Positions 32,836-43,023 are shown, counted from the first letter of the stretch. The stretch: 64,000 nt of DNA from Desulfatiglandales bacterium (GCA_963666345.1 OY762721.1:1856001-1920000); one strand, 5' to 3'. Numbers and translations: made by a program. Notes: generated by a model not told the origin, from the letters alone.

Positions 32836-33044
32836 TTTATCGGCCGCCGGTTTTTATCTTTTCTTTCACCTTCATGTCCTCTACTAAAACATGGAAGCTC
32901 AATCTTTATCGGCAGGTGTTAATATGTTTTTTGGAAGAAACATGGTTTCAGTGCTGTTTGCAAATGAACCCCGTCAGGGGTTCATTTTTCTTGGGACAGG
33001 GAAAAACCCATACCGCAGACAAGGCCTGGCACCAGATTATGCCA

Positions 33045-33377
33045 CTAGGATATCTTCTCAGGCGGCCTTCTTTCAGGAACGTACTTATGTGGCGGCTCCT
33101 CTTCGTTCCATTCCTTTGTCACATAGAGGTTGCAGTAACAGCTGCCGTATTCCTTTACATCCTGATCCCTGTAGACACAGGGGCAGAGGATATCCTTGTC
33201 TTTTTCACGGTCCCCCGATGCGAGCCTGCAGGGGCAGCCCATATAGCCGTAGCGCTCTTTGTTTAACAGAAGTGCTTCAAGAAGCTCAAACACCCTGTCT
33301 TTGTCTTTATTAAAGTAATAACCCCTGGGTTCCTGAACCTTTTTCAACATTTCATAAAGCTTTTCTACTTCATTCAT
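33045..33377 (-). CDS. Ferredoxin:thioredoxin reductase catalytic subunit
   Basis: CPC...CPC...CYC triad. Confidence 0.92.
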   Translation of the reverse strand: MNEVEKLYEMLKKVQEPRGYYFNKDKDRVFELLEALLLNKERYGYMGCPCRLASGDREKDKDILCPCVYRDQDVKEYGSCYCNLYVTKEWNEEEPPHKYVPERRPPEKIS

Positions 33378-33634
33378 AGTCCGAGGGCCTCCTTGATCTC
33401 ATCTTCTTTAAATCCAACGATGACGGTATCACCGATTATTATCGTGGGAAAAGAAAGGTTAGGGTTATGTCTTTTCACATCATCAACCACGCTTTTTCTT
33501 TCTTCTCCCTTGAGAAGATCCACATCCTCAAACTCATATTCAACATTGCATTTATCAAGCATTCTCTTGGTGGACTTACAGTGACTGCATGTACTAAGGG
33601 TGTAAACCATTACAGGTATCTGGGCCATAAGCAT
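33374..33634 (-). CDS. Glutaredoxin/NrdH-like protein
   Basis: CSHC, SFPT, IVGF. Confidence 0.9.
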   Translation of the reverse strand: MLMAQIPVMVYTLSTCSHCKSTKRMLDKCNVEYEFEDVDLLKGEERKSVVDDVKRHNPNLSFPTIIIGDTVIVGFKEDEIKEALGL

Positions 33635-33715
33635 GCCTCCTTTGTCTACTTTATGATCTGATGCGATCTTTGCTGAAATCTTAAGTACGTCTCTAACCTA
33701 ATCCTTCCTTTCACT

Positions 33716-33910
33716 TCATTTCTCGATTGATATGCATTCTTCCGGACAACAGGCAACAGCCTCGTTAAGGGCATCTTCCGGATACTCTTCAAGATCCCTT
33801 ACCCATACCTCTCCCAGGTCTTCATCCCACTCAAAGACCTCGGGACAGACAGACACGCATGATTCGCATCCGCTGCATCTGGATCTGTCTATTATGGGTG
33901 CGGTCTTCAC
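33716..33910 (-). CDS. Ferredoxin (single [4Fe-4S])
   Basis: CSGCESCVSVCP...CCPEECI. Confidence 0.88.
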   Translation of the reverse strand: MKTAPIIDRSRCSGCESCVSVCPEVFEWDEDLGEVWVRDLEEYPEDALNEAVACCPEECISIEK

Positions 33911-33943
33911 CCGATCGAAAATCCTCCGGCCTTAAACGGCACT

Positions 33944-35128
33944 TTACTCGGGAAGCTGCTCAGCCACCTTTCTTCCAAGTTCATAGCAGGCCTCAAGCGC
34001 CTCTCCGTCAGGCACATACTGAACCCTTAGTCCCGGTTCCACAACCTTGAAATTCATTGCATCCAACTCATTTTTTATCAGTTTTACCGCCTCTCCGCTC
34101 CAGCCGTAAGAACCGAATGCCGCGGCCACCTTATTCTTCGGTTTAAGACCTTTCATATAGGTAAGAAAATCACCAAGGGTGGGGAATATCCCATTATTAA
34201 GGGTCGGTGAGCCTACTACTACAGCTCCTGCATCCAGGACCTCCGTTATAATATCGCTTCTGTGGCAGCTTCTTAGATGCATCGGTTTGGCGTAAACGCC
34301 TTCATTTATGAGCGATTCCGCGATTGCGTCGGCCATCTTCTCCGTGCTGTGCCACATGGTATCGTATATCACCACAGCCTTTCTGGTCGGCTCCTGTCTG
34401 CTCCAGCTGTCATAGGCATCTATGATCCTTCCCGGATCCTTTCGCCATATGATCCCATGGTCAGGACATATCATGTCGGGATTGAGCCCGATTTCCTTTA
34501 CCTTGGACAGAAGCTTCTGGATGAGAGGAGAATAGAGAAGCAGGATGTTTGCAAAATACTTTTTGGCATGGGGCATTATATCATCCCCGATCTGATCGTC
34601 GAACCTTTCAGGACCTGCATAGTGCTGACCGAATGCGTCACTTGAAAAGAGGATATTATCCTCCTTTACATATGTGAACATGCTGTCCGGCCAATGAAGC
34701 ATCCTTGTCTCCATAAATGAGAGGGTCCTTTTGCCCAGGCTCAGCTCACCCCCGTTTTCAACAGGGTTGTAATTGTATTTGCCGGGCAAATGCATTGAAA
34801 GGTTTTTTTGTCCCATCTTGGAACAGAAGACAGGCTTTTCCTCTCCTATCCGGTGCATAACCCTGGGGATGCTTCCGGAATGATCCATCTCGGTGTGGTT
34901 GCTGACAAAATAGTCTATCTTTTTAGGATCGACAATCCTGCCTATGTTCTCAATGAGATCATCTGAGAATTCTTTTTTTACCGTATCTATGAGGGTTATC
35001 TTTTCATCCATTATGAGATAGGAATTATATGTGGTTCCGGGATATGTCGAATAACCGTGGAAATCCCTTATATTCCAGTCTACAGCGCCAACCGAATAGA
35101 TCCCGTCGGCAATCTCTAAAGGCTTCAT
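33944..35128 (-). CDS. fprA: Flavodiiron protein (FprA/Roo, O2/NO reductase)
   Basis: GTTYNSY, NHTEMDHSG, LHWPD, SDAFG, CPDHG, GSYGWSG. Confidence 0.95.
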   Translation of the reverse strand: MKPLEIADGIYSVGAVDWNIRDFHGYSTYPGTTYNSYLIMDEKITLIDTVKKEFSDDLIENIGRIVDPKKIDYFVSNHTEMDHSGSIPRVMHRIGEEKPVFCSKMGQKNLSMHLPGKYNYNPVENGGELSLGKRTLSFMETRMLHWPDSMFTYVKEDNILFSSDAFGQHYAGPERFDDQIGDDIMPHAKKYFANILLLYSPLIQKLLSKVKEIGLNPDMICPDHGIIWRKDPGRIIDAYDSWSRQEPTRKAVVIYDTMWHSTEKMADAIAESLINEGVYAKPMHLRSCHRSDIITEVLDAGAVVVGSPTLNNGIFPTLGDFLTYMKGLKPKNKVAAAFGSYGWSGEAVKLIKNELDAMNFKVVEPGLRVQYVPDGEALEACYELGRKVAEQLPE

Positions 35129-35235
35129 AGCTCTCTCCTAAAACTTAAACCCATAAAAATGTTCGGAAACGCCCGGCCGATTAATACAGTAGGGACGTTT
35201 CCGAAGTTCTCAAGATATCACACCGCAAAACGACC

Positions 35236-35397
35236 CTAGTCCTCCTTATCAAACTGGTCCTTGCTTGCGCCGCAGACCGGGCATGTCCAATCATCAGGCA
35301 GTGCGTCAAAAGAGGTCCCGGCATCGACTCCATTATCAGGATCTCCATCAGCCGGATCATACACATAGCCACATACCGTACACACATACTTGTCCAT
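35236..35397 (-). CDS. rub: Rubredoxin (53 aa; not in ORF track)
   Basis: [15 protein letters not shown]...[26 protein letters not shown]. Confidence 0.95.
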   Translation of the reverse strand: MDKYVCTVCGYVYDPADGDPDNGVDAGTSFDALPDDWTCPVCGASKDQFDKED

Positions 35398-35493
35398 CTC
35401 TTTACCTCCTGTTAGTGATTTAATTAAAAACAGATTTAAAAAGTCCGCCCTTGCCTCAGCAGGGGCGTTTTGACCTTACTGGCTGTGAGAGGC

Positions 35494-35679
35494 CTAATTT
35501 CCAGCCTCCAAGGTGCACTTTGTAAAATCAATTTCCTTTCCGCAGCCTTTGCATTTATGCACCCTGTCGAATTCGTCGGAAAAGATTTCTTTCTCTTTCC
35601 CGCAGTTCGGGCACTTGCAAACAAAAGACTTGAGATTCTTGCGCTGTTCAAAACCGGGGCAATGCTGAGGAGTAGTCAT
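35494..35679 (-). CDS. Small Cys-rich zinc-ribbon/rubredoxin-like protein
   Basis: HCPG, CPNCG..EIFSDE..CKGCG; AGGAG RBS. Confidence 0.75.
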   Translation of the reverse strand: MTTPQHCPGFEQRKNLKSFVCKCPNCGKEKEIFSDEFDRVHKCKGCGKEIDFTKCTLEAGN

Positions 35680-35708
35680 GGTTTTCTCCTTTCTTGCATT
35701 AATAAGAT

Positions 35709-36146
35709 TCAGGGATTCAGCATCTTTCCTACCTGGCGGCCGTAATCCTGCGCCATTTGCTTGCCGCCGCCTAATAAGGCGGACTTCAGTTTCAAAGGGC
35801 CGCTTACCATTGCCATGTTGAATATATTCTCCATGGTGTCGAAAATGCGCCCTGGCGCCTCCCCGCTCCAGCCATAGGCCCCGAAAGAACCTCCGATTTT
35901 TCCTTCAAGATTTGCCTTTTCCGCGAGAAAAAGCATGGTCTTCATACCCTGCATCATTTGCCCATGATATGTGGCGGAACCGAAAATATAGGCGTCATAG
36001 CCATTGAGTGCATCTTCCTTTTTTATCTCGGAAACATTTACGACCGTTGATTCATGACCCTCAAACCGTATACCCTCCGCGATTAACTCGGCGATATTCT
36101 TGGTTTGTCCGGTCCTTGTACAATAGACTACAAGAGCGTTTCCCAT
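35709..36146 (-). CDS. Flavodoxin-domain protein
   Basis: YCTRTGQT, GSATY, FGAYGWSG; GGAGG before ATG 36146. Confidence 0.9.
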   Translation of the reverse strand: MGNALVVYCTRTGQTKNIAELIAEGIRFEGHESTVVNVSEIKKEDALNGYDAYIFGSATYHGQMMQGMKTMLFLAEKANLEGKIGGSFGAYGWSGEAPGRIFDTMENIFNMAMVSGPLKLKSALLGGGKQMAQDYGRQVGKMLNP

Positions 36147-36232
36147 TTTTACCTCCCGGAGGGCACTACGCGCTGATGGTCCATCAAACATGCGCAATAT
36201 CAAGGAGTAAAAACATAAGATAATTGCTGATG

Positions 36233-36388
36233 TTATCCCAGTCGAGTATCCTGGCCGGTATTACCACAATCCGGGATATAGCACGTAATGTCTATAAACT
36301 CGCACTTTTCACTGCAAGAGGGGCATTTCTCCGGAGGCGTTTCCGCCTTGAGGGTATACCCGCAATTCGTACACTTCCAATCGCCCAT
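36233..36388 (-). CDS. Small rubredoxin-like protein with extra Cys tail (51 aa; not in ORF track)
   Basis: MGDWKCTNCGYTLKAETPPEKCPSCSEKCEFIDITCYIPDCGNTGQDTRLG; GGAGG RBS. Confidence 0.8.
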   Translation of the reverse strand: MGDWKCTNCGYTLKAETPPEKCPSCSEKCEFIDITCYIPDCGNTGQDTRLG

Positions 36389-36432
36389 TTTTTCCTCCCT
36401 TGCTGAATAATGTCAGACAAAACAAAAAGTTG

Positions 36433-36807
36433 CTAGGCCTTCCACAAACCGTGCATATTACAATACTCCCTTGCGGTAACCTTATCCGCCTCTATCTCAA
36501 AAACGGCTGCAGGCTCCTGCCCGGGGCTTAGAAATTTACGGTAAAGTCTTCCGTCGGCGATAATTTCAATCCATTCGATATAATGTTTTTCTTCCATCGG
36601 ATGGGCCACATCCCCTACCTTCACCTTGAAACCGGCTGAGGTCTTTTCAACAACAGGCACATGTTTTTCCTTTGCCGCGTCAACGGTATTTTCCTTGAAA
36701 AGCTTCATAGGCGCACCGCAGCATACAAGCTCTCCCTTGCCCCCATGCAATACCTCCACGATATTTCCGCAAACCTCACATTTATAAATCTCAAGTCTTT
36801 CCGCCAT
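36433..36807 (-). CDS. dfx: Desulfoferrodoxin (superoxide reductase)
   Basis: [33 protein letters not shown]. Confidence 0.95.
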   Translation of the reverse strand: MAERLEIYKCEVCGNIVEVLHGGKGELVCCGAPMKLFKENTVDAAKEKHVPVVEKTSAGFKVKVGDVAHPMEEKHYIEWIEIIADGRLYRKFLSPGQEPAAVFEIEADKVTAREYCNMHGLWKA

Positions 36808-36884
36808 TTTTTATCCTCCTTTTTTCAAATTAACAGGACCGTTATACCTGTGATAACTATTTTTAGTTGATACGCCGAATGTCT

Positions 36885-36975
36885 TACTGACAGCTGAGAG
36901 CTTGTACGCCGTCTTTTTGGCGTACTGATTGCTGATAGCATGAGTCCATAAATCTTGATTTATGGATGAATACTG
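36885..36975 (+). repeat. Repeat family B right-half fragment with an inserted mini-hairpin
   Basis: GCTGAGAGC...TGATTGCTGATAGCATGAGTCCATAAATCTTGATTTATGGATG. Confidence 0.75.
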
Positions 36976-36976
36976 A

Positions 36977-37552
36977 CTAATAGTTTTCTCCCAGCAATTC
37001 AAAATGAGCCTGAGGGTGGGCACAGGCGGGACATAGTTCCGGAGCCTCATCTCCTGTAAAGATATAGCCGCAGTTCCTGCATCTCCAGACCACCTCTTTC
37101 TCCCTTTTAAATACACGACCTGCTTCAATATTTGCCGCCAGATCATTGTAGCGCTTTTCATGCTGCTTTTCCGCAACCGCGATTGCCTCAAAAACCGCCG
37201 CTATCACGCCGAAACCTTCCTGTCTGGCCGTTTCAGCAAAACCGGGGTACATCTCAGTATGCTCATAGTTTTCGCCTGCCGCAGACGCCTTGAGATTGTC
37301 CACGGTATTTCCTATTACGCCTGCCGGGAAGGCCGCCGTGATTTCCGTTTCACCGCCTTCCAGGAATTTGAAGAGCCTCTTGGCATGTTCCTTTTCCTGG
37401 TTGGCTGTCTCCTCGAATATGGCGGAAATCTGCACAAAGCCTTCCTTTTTGGCCTTGCTTGCAAAATAGTTATACCGGTTTCTCGCCTGAGATTCCCCCG
37501 CAAAGGCGGTTAACAAGTTTTTTTCCGTCCGGCTTCCTTTCAAATCCATCAA
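36977..37552 (-). CDS. rbr: Rubrerythrin
   Basis: [33 protein letters not shown]. Confidence 0.95.
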   Translation of the reverse strand: MMDLKGSRTEKNLLTAFAGESQARNRYNYFASKAKKEGFVQISAIFEETANQEKEHAKRLFKFLEGGETEITAAFPAGVIGNTVDNLKASAAGENYEHTEMYPGFAETARQEGFGVIAAVFEAIAVAEKQHEKRYNDLAANIEAGRVFKREKEVVWRCRNCGYIFTGDEAPELCPACAHPQAHFELLGENY

Positions 37553-37654
37553 TCCATACCTCCTTTGATTCGTCTAAATTGTTTCAGGTTCCTATCCGAA
37601 TTTCTCATACCTGCTGCCACGGTAATAAAAAACATCTTGTTTACTGAGGGACCG

Positions 37655-37864
37655 TCAACTCCCTTCCGCCGCCACCGACCCGGGTCCACCCAGTGGCCTG
37701 AAAGCCTTTTTTGTAGCCCCGCATACCGGGCATTTCCAATCGGCCGGCAGATCCTCAAAAAGGGTCCCTTTGGGGATCTTACCCTTTCGGTCCCCCTTGT
37801 CGGGGTTGTATATATATCCGCAATTTACGGTCTGACATTGCCACATGTCTTTAGGTTCAGCCAT
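37655..37864 (-). CDS. Rubredoxin-like protein (CxxxxC variant)
   Basis: [14 protein letters not shown]...[11 protein letters not shown]. Confidence 0.9.
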   Translation of the reverse strand: MAEPKDMWQCQTVNCGYIYNPDKGDRKGKIPKGTLFEDLPADWKCPVCGATKKAFRPLGGPGSVAAEGS

Positions 37865-38010
37865 GTCTATTATATCTCCTCCATCTTTGCCTGCGGGTCA
37901 AAATTGAACTTTTTTCAAGTTTACTTCAATATGTACTAAAAAGAGTCCGATTTGGGAACAAACCCGCTTATCGGTTTTTAAACGGATAATGATCTTTTTC
38001 AGCCATCTTC

Positions 38011-38505
38011 CTATTCTACTTTAAAAAAGGCCTTTGCCTTTGATTTACATACGGGACAGCTTTCAGGGGGTTCTCCCTCACAGGTATATCCGCACACGGA
38101 ACAAACGTAATAGTCAGTTTCTTCAAGGCTGTCCATCTTTTCCAGGGCCTTTTGATATAGCCCTGCATGTATCTTTTCCACCTCATTTGCATAGGTAAAA
38201 GATCTGAGTGCCGCCTTGTTGTCTTCATTCATAGCCTCTTCAATCATATCGGGATACATCTCTTTGTATTCATGAGTCTCACCCTCTATGGCATCCTTTA
38301 GATTCTCCGAAGTGGACCTGATCGCGCCCAGCGCCCTTAAGTGTGAGTGTGCATGAACCGTTTCCGCTTCCGCGGCTGCCCTGAAAAGCCTGGCGATCTG
38401 AGAAAGGCCTTCATTTTCCGCCTGTCTTGCAAAGGCAAGGTAACGCCTGTTTGCCTGTGATTCACCGGCAAATGCCTCCATGAGATTACTTTTGGTCTTA
38501 TCCAT
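38011..38505 (-). CDS. Rubrerythrin family protein (short type)
   Basis: [28 protein letters not shown]. Confidence 0.92.
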   Translation of the reverse strand: MDKTKSNLMEAFAGESQANRRYLAFARQAENEGLSQIARLFRAAAEAETVHAHSHLRALGAIRSTSENLKDAIEGETHEYKEMYPDMIEEAMNEDNKAALRSFTYANEVEKIHAGLYQKALEKMDSLEETDYYVCSVCGYTCEGEPPESCPVCKSKAKAFFKVE

Positions 38506-38660
38506 GCTTTCCACCTCTTTCTTTTAATATATGATTATAGCCAATTAATCGCCAAAAAGGGGAATTTTTTGATCCTTTACCGCTCTTCCGCCTTTTCCGG
38601 CAGGTTTTAATCTGAAGCCCCTGCTACACACAGGATGAAAATTGCGCACTTCTCATTTCA

Positions 38661-38768
38661 TTATTGTTTTTTCTCAAAGCTCTTTTTTTCTCCGCATTCC
38701 GGGCACTTTTGAGGTTTGCATCTTCCATCCTTTTCATAACCACATTTTGAACATTTAAAAACCGCCAT
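38661..38768 (-). CDS. RCKP-type rubredoxin-like mini-protein (35 aa; not in ORF track)
   Basis: MAVFKCSKCGYEKDGRCKPQKCPECGEKKSFEKKQ; GGAGG RBS. Confidence 0.85.
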   Translation of the reverse strand: MAVFKCSKCGYEKDGRCKPQKCPECGEKKSFEKKQ

Positions 38769-38828
38769 TTGATCAGCCTCCATTAAAATTATCATGCCTG
38801 AATATAATAAAATAAATTAGCCGGGCAC

Positions 38829-39056
38829 TTATCCCCACTTACCTTTTTTAATATGAGCATCCTTTTCAGACTTTGCAAATTTCTGAAGTTTGTAGGCCGA
38901 GTCTCTCAACATGCCGTAAAGTGCTCCGCATCCGTTATCATCTCTTGCTGCATCACCCTTATCGGCAAGATCGATCATCTTTCCGGATAACTCCAGAACC
39001 CTGTTTATCATTTCATTACATGCCTTCATTACTTTCAGCTTCTCCTGCCGGCTCAA
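38829..39056 (-). CDS. Small helical hypothetical protein
   Basis: LADKGDAARDDNGCGALYGMLRDSAY; plausible coding ORF at the head of the cluster, start uncertain. Confidence 0.65.
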   Translation of the reverse strand: MSRQEKLKVMKACNEMINRVLELSGKMIDLADKGDAARDDNGCGALYGMLRDSAYKLQKFAKSEKDAHIKKGKWG

Positions 39057-39150
39057 AAGGTAGGAGCGTCTGAAGAATTTACAGGCCTGCCAAAAACCCG
39101 CCCCCTATAAATGAACCTCACGCAGTTGTTTCATTGTTGGAATAGATATA

Positions 39151-39165
39151 TCAAAAAGCATGCCA
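39151..39165 (-). promoter_or_regulatory. Possible sigma54 promoter for the oxygen-defence cluster
   Basis: TGGCATGCTTTTTGA: -24 element good, -12 element is GA rather than GC. Confidence 0.4.
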
Positions 39166-39468
39166 GAAGGCTGCGCAAAAAAACAAGCATGATATCAAGC
39201 GCTTAACCGGGAAGGCTTCACAAGTCCCGTAGGCAACCCGGATTTTTCCGAGACATAATCGAGACATAACGCTTTTTGATCTCAAAAAGGCATAATGCTT
39301 TGTTATTATTGCTGTTTTGAACACATCAAGGGCAGGCATTGCAGGATGCGGCACCGAGCCATGATTCAATCAGAGACAAGCGGTCCGCTATGCCGACATG
39401 TTACATGTGGGGCATAACTACTTGAAATAAAAATATAAAACATGTCATTTACAACTTCAATTCATATA

Positions 39469-39491
39469 TGTCTCAATATTTTTTTGAGACA
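39469..39491. promoter_or_regulatory. Palindromic candidate enhancer (UAS)
   Basis: TGTCTCAA-N7-TTGAGACA; further GAGACA half-sites near 39250, 39261 and 39373. Confidence 0.5.
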
Positions 39492-39499
39492 AAGGTGTA

Positions 39500-40840
39500 T
39501 CATGATACACCTTTATTGTCTTTTAAAAACCTGTACAGGGTGGCGCGTCCCACGCCCAGTATTCTGGCGGCCTTGGCCTTGTTGCCCCCGCTTTCGGTTA
39601 AGGCGTCTTTTACAAGGGTCTTTTCCAGTTTTCCGGCAGGGCCCCGTCTGCCGGACATTTTTTTCATATTATTCAGTTCCAAGGGCAGATGCTCGGGTCC
39701 GATTATTTCGCCCCTTGATCTTACGGTGGCGAATCTTACGGCACTCTGCAGCTCCCGAACGTTTCCGGGCCAGTCATAATCAAGGGCAAGATCCATCGCC
39801 TGTCGCGAAATCCCCTTGATGATTTGCCCTTCCTCTTTTGCCGTCTCAAGAAAGTGTTCGATCAGCAGCGGCAGGTCCGCCTTCCTCTCCCTCAGGGGAG
39901 GTACAATGACCGGCACGACATTAAGCCGGTAATAGAGGTCGTCTCGAAAGCTACCCTTTTTCACTTCACTGCCGAGGTCCTTATTGGTTGCGCTGATAAT
40001 CCGTACATCTACAGATATTGTCCGCTCTCCTCCAACCCTCTCAAAGGATTTATCCTGAATAACGCGCAATATTTTTGCCTGCATGACCTTCGGCAGATCC
40101 GCTACCTCATCAAGAAACAGTGTGCCTCCATGGGCAAGCTCAAAACGGCCCTTTTTGTCTCTGACCGCGCCCGTAAACGCCCCCTTCACATGTCCGAACA
40201 GTTCACTTTCAAGGATACCCTCAGGAAGGGCGGCGCAGTTAACCGGCACAAAAGGAGCACCCCCCCTGCGGCTTTCTTCATGTATCGCGTTTGCAACCAG
40301 TTCCTTGCCGGTTCCGGTCTCCCCGGATATGTGCACGGGATAGTCATTTGTGGAAAGATCCCGGATCTGTTGAAAGATGTTCAGGATTTTGGGGTCCTTG
40401 CCTATTATCCCTGAAAATCCCTTGAGTTTGCCGAGGGCGATTCTGAGTCCCGTAATATCCGTAACATCCCTGAAGGCCGCTATTATCCCGATAAAATCAC
40501 CGGCCTCGTCCGTCATCCCGCTGACCCGCATTTCAATCCTTCTGCTTTCCCCGCCGGCGGTAACTATGTTGAGGGGGTATTCCATGTCCACCCAATTCGC
40601 CGGAGGATCTTCGGAAAAAGAGCACCTGCCCCCGCAGAAAGGGCCGCCGAATGCATCGTGACAGTCTCTTCCAAGCACCTGTTTTCTTGAAAATCCGGTT
40701 ATCTTTTCAGCTTCACGATTAAAATAGACTACGCGCCTTTCCCTGTCATGGGCTATTATACCTTCGGCAAGGCTGTCTATTATTCTCTCCAGGTTTTTCT
40801 TATAGGCCAGAGACCTTTCAAGGCTCATTTTATTTTTCAT
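39500..40840 (-). CDS. PAS-domain sigma54 enhancer-binding protein (OrpR-like)
   Basis: PAS with CHDAFGGPFCGGRC (Cx8Cx3C); GETGTGKE, GAFTGA, WPGNVREL, Fis-type HTH. Confidence 0.92.
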   Translation of the reverse strand: MKNKMSLERSLAYKKNLERIIDSLAEGIIAHDRERRVVYFNREAEKITGFSRKQVLGRDCHDAFGGPFCGGRCSFSEDPPANWVDMEYPLNIVTAGGESRRIEMRVSGMTDEAGDFIGIIAAFRDVTDITGLRIALGKLKGFSGIIGKDPKILNIFQQIRDLSTNDYPVHISGETGTGKELVANAIHEESRRGGAPFVPVNCAALPEGILESELFGHVKGAFTGAVRDKKGRFELAHGGTLFLDEVADLPKVMQAKILRVIQDKSFERVGGERTISVDVRIISATNKDLGSEVKKGSFRDDLYYRLNVVPVIVPPLRERKADLPLLIEHFLETAKEEGQIIKGISRQAMDLALDYDWPGNVRELQSAVRFATVRSRGEIIGPEHLPLELNNMKKMSGRRGPAGKLEKTLVKDALTESGGNKAKAARILGVGRATLYRFLKDNKGVS

Positions 40841-40913
40841 AAAAGGCTTTCATCTCAATGGCTGGTGAAGTCGTAATAGAATGGATTAAGAACGGTTTCT
40901 GCCTTACGAATAC

Positions 40914-41552
40914 TCAAGGTTTTGCCCCTAAGAGACTTGATTCTATGTAGCCGAAATAGTTGTCCATCAAGGCTATTCGTGCCCATTTTCCTTCCCTGCT
41001 CAGGAGTTGAGCTGCCGCCCCCTGTCCCAGGTAGCCTATTACAGGGGAGTCCTTGTCTGCTGATGCATGAATCCCGGCCATTCCGGCCGCAAGTTTTTTC
41101 AGGTCAAAATCATTTTTTTCACACAGGCTCTCCCGCAGCCGGTTGAAAAGCTCCTCTTCCGAGGAGTATTCCCTGGTGGAGACACTGCCTCGTTTCAACT
41201 TGCATATCACCTTTGTAAGCCTTGGAGTTATCGTCTCAAGAGACAGGCACACGAAGGCATCCCCCCAATCGGCTCGTACGTAGCCTTTCTGACTGAAATA
41301 TTCGATTCTTTTGATTTTGAAATTCATCTCTCCCAGGTCATGAACAACAGCGGCAAGCACCCTTTTTACCGGATGGGAGAAACTTTCCTCCTGCCCTATG
41401 ACATAGTCCTTTGCCTCCTTTAATGTCACGGGAACGGCTGAAAGCGGAGAGCAGGCCTGCAGATTCGCCCATACCAGGATAATGGCCGAGATGAAAATTT
41501 TATGAAGATTTAATTGTCTAAGGGTCGGGCCAACCAAATTTTTCGGATGCAT
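40914..41552 (-). CDS. Exported protein, DUF3568-like N-terminus and SH3b-like C-terminus
   Basis: Hydrophobic leader with Cys; C-terminal SPVIGYL...WARI...GYI. Confidence 0.5.
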   Translation of the reverse strand: MHPKNLVGPTLRQLNLHKIFISAIILVWANLQACSPLSAVPVTLKEAKDYVIGQEESFSHPVKRVLAAVVHDLGEMNFKIKRIEYFSQKGYVRADWGDAFVCLSLETITPRLTKVICKLKRGSVSTREYSSEEELFNRLRESLCEKNDFDLKKLAAGMAGIHASADKDSPVIGYLGQGAAAQLLSREGKWARIALMDNYFGYIESSLLGAKP

Positions 41553-41872
41553 TTCTATTATTAAAATCTATGGTCAGTTATATGAGGTAAAAAAGGGTTC
41601 GCCTGGTAAAAATCCGGCGTTTTCGAAGTGGTAGGATATGGAATGGAAGGCCGGGTGTAAAGAGAAAAGGTCTTGTAAAATTAAAATAAGGCAATTTCTC
41701 CGGAAAATTATTAATTGCCTGAACAAAATAAACCGGGGACCTGAAAAAATGCACATGTTCATATTCAAGTATTAGGCTCCGGCAATTTTCACCCTTGAAT
41801 GTTGATTTAAAAACCACACTGATTTATTCTCTGATCCATGTCCTGAAAATAATAAGACAGGAGAAAGGCACA

Positions 41873-43009
41873 ATGAAGAAAGATCTTATTGAAAAGGCCC
41901 TTCTGGTGACGGCATTTTTTTCTATCGTTTTTGCCCAACCGGTGCTGGCAAGGGTCAAGCTGGTAGCCCTTCCTGAACGGGGGGCTGCCGTTATAAGAAT
42001 GGAAAATCCGAGGGCAACCCTGATTGAAGAGGAACGGGTCCTGACACTTCAGAAAGGGATCAATAAGGTGGATTTTTCATGGAAAGGGGTAAGCATTGAT
42101 GAGGATTCGATTCGCCTCAAGGTCCTTTCCCACCCATACAAGGCGACCCTTCTCGCAGTAAGCTACCCGCCTGACGAGGACGCCCTGGTCTGGGATATTC
42201 ACTCTGACGGAGCCCTGGAGGTGGCTGTAAGGATAAGCTATCTTCTGTCCGACATAGACAGGCTGGTTAAGTACAGGGCAATGGCAGATCAGAATGAAAC
42301 AGGGATTAACCTCAAGGGATTTCTCGTGATTCGCAATTTTTCCGGTGAGGAGTTTGAAAAGGCCCTGGTTTTTTTGGACCAGGAAAGAGCCTTTGCCAAA
42401 AACATACGGCAAAATGAGACAAAACAACTGCTATTATTTGAAAAAAAGGAGGTCCCTGTCCAAAAGGTATGGACCTTTGATGCGGGCATTCATCCCTGGG
42501 ACCCTGAATCAGAAAATGCCGCGCAGGGCATTCCTGTTGTCTACAGGATCTCAAATGATAAATTATCCAACCTGGGCGGGTTCGACCTTCTTGCCGGAAA
42601 AATTCGCATTTTCCAGAAGGACGGCCATGGGAGCGGCATATTTCTGGGTGAAGACTCAATCGGCCGGGTTCCTGTGGGAGAAAGGATGGACATATACATA
42701 GGAGACAGCCGGGATATTGTCGTAACCCAGAGGAAGATGAAAGAAAGGCGAATAAACATCAGGCGAAATTCAAAAAACAGGACGGTTCTCTATGATACGG
42801 ATGAAATGATTAAAGCGAAAATCGAAAATTTCAAAAAACAACCGGCCACTCTTACAATGATTCAGCATATCCCCGGACAATGGGATATGCTGAACTGCAG
42901 CTTCGAGTATAACTTGAGGGATGCCAACACCGTTGAATTCAGGATCGATCTGCCCCCCGGGGCCAAAAAGGAACTTATAATGCATTACAACAGAAGGAAT
43001 GTGAGATGA
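41873..43009 (+). CDS. DUF4139-family exported protein
   Basis: Signal peptide, LIEEERVLTLQKGIN, NFSGE, FLGED, C-terminal IENFK. Confidence 0.75.
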   Translation: MKKDLIEKALLVTAFFSIVFAQPVLARVKLVALPERGAAVIRMENPRATLIEEERVLTLQKGINKVDFSWKGVSIDEDSIRLKVLSHPYKATLLAVSYPPDEDALVWDIHSDGALEVAVRISYLLSDIDRLVKYRAMADQNETGINLKGFLVIRNFSGEEFEKALVFLDQERAFAKNIRQNETKQLLLFEKKEVPVQKVWTFDAGIHPWDPESENAAQGIPVVYRISNDKLSNLGGFDLLAGKIRIFQKDGHGSGIFLGEDSIGRVPVGERMDIYIGDSRDIVVTQRKMKERRINIRRNSKNRTVLYDTDEMIKAKIENFKKQPATLTMIQHIPGQWDMLNCSFEYNLRDANTVEFRIDLPPGAKKELIMHYNRRNVR

Positions 43010-43023
43010 TTGGAGGGACAACT

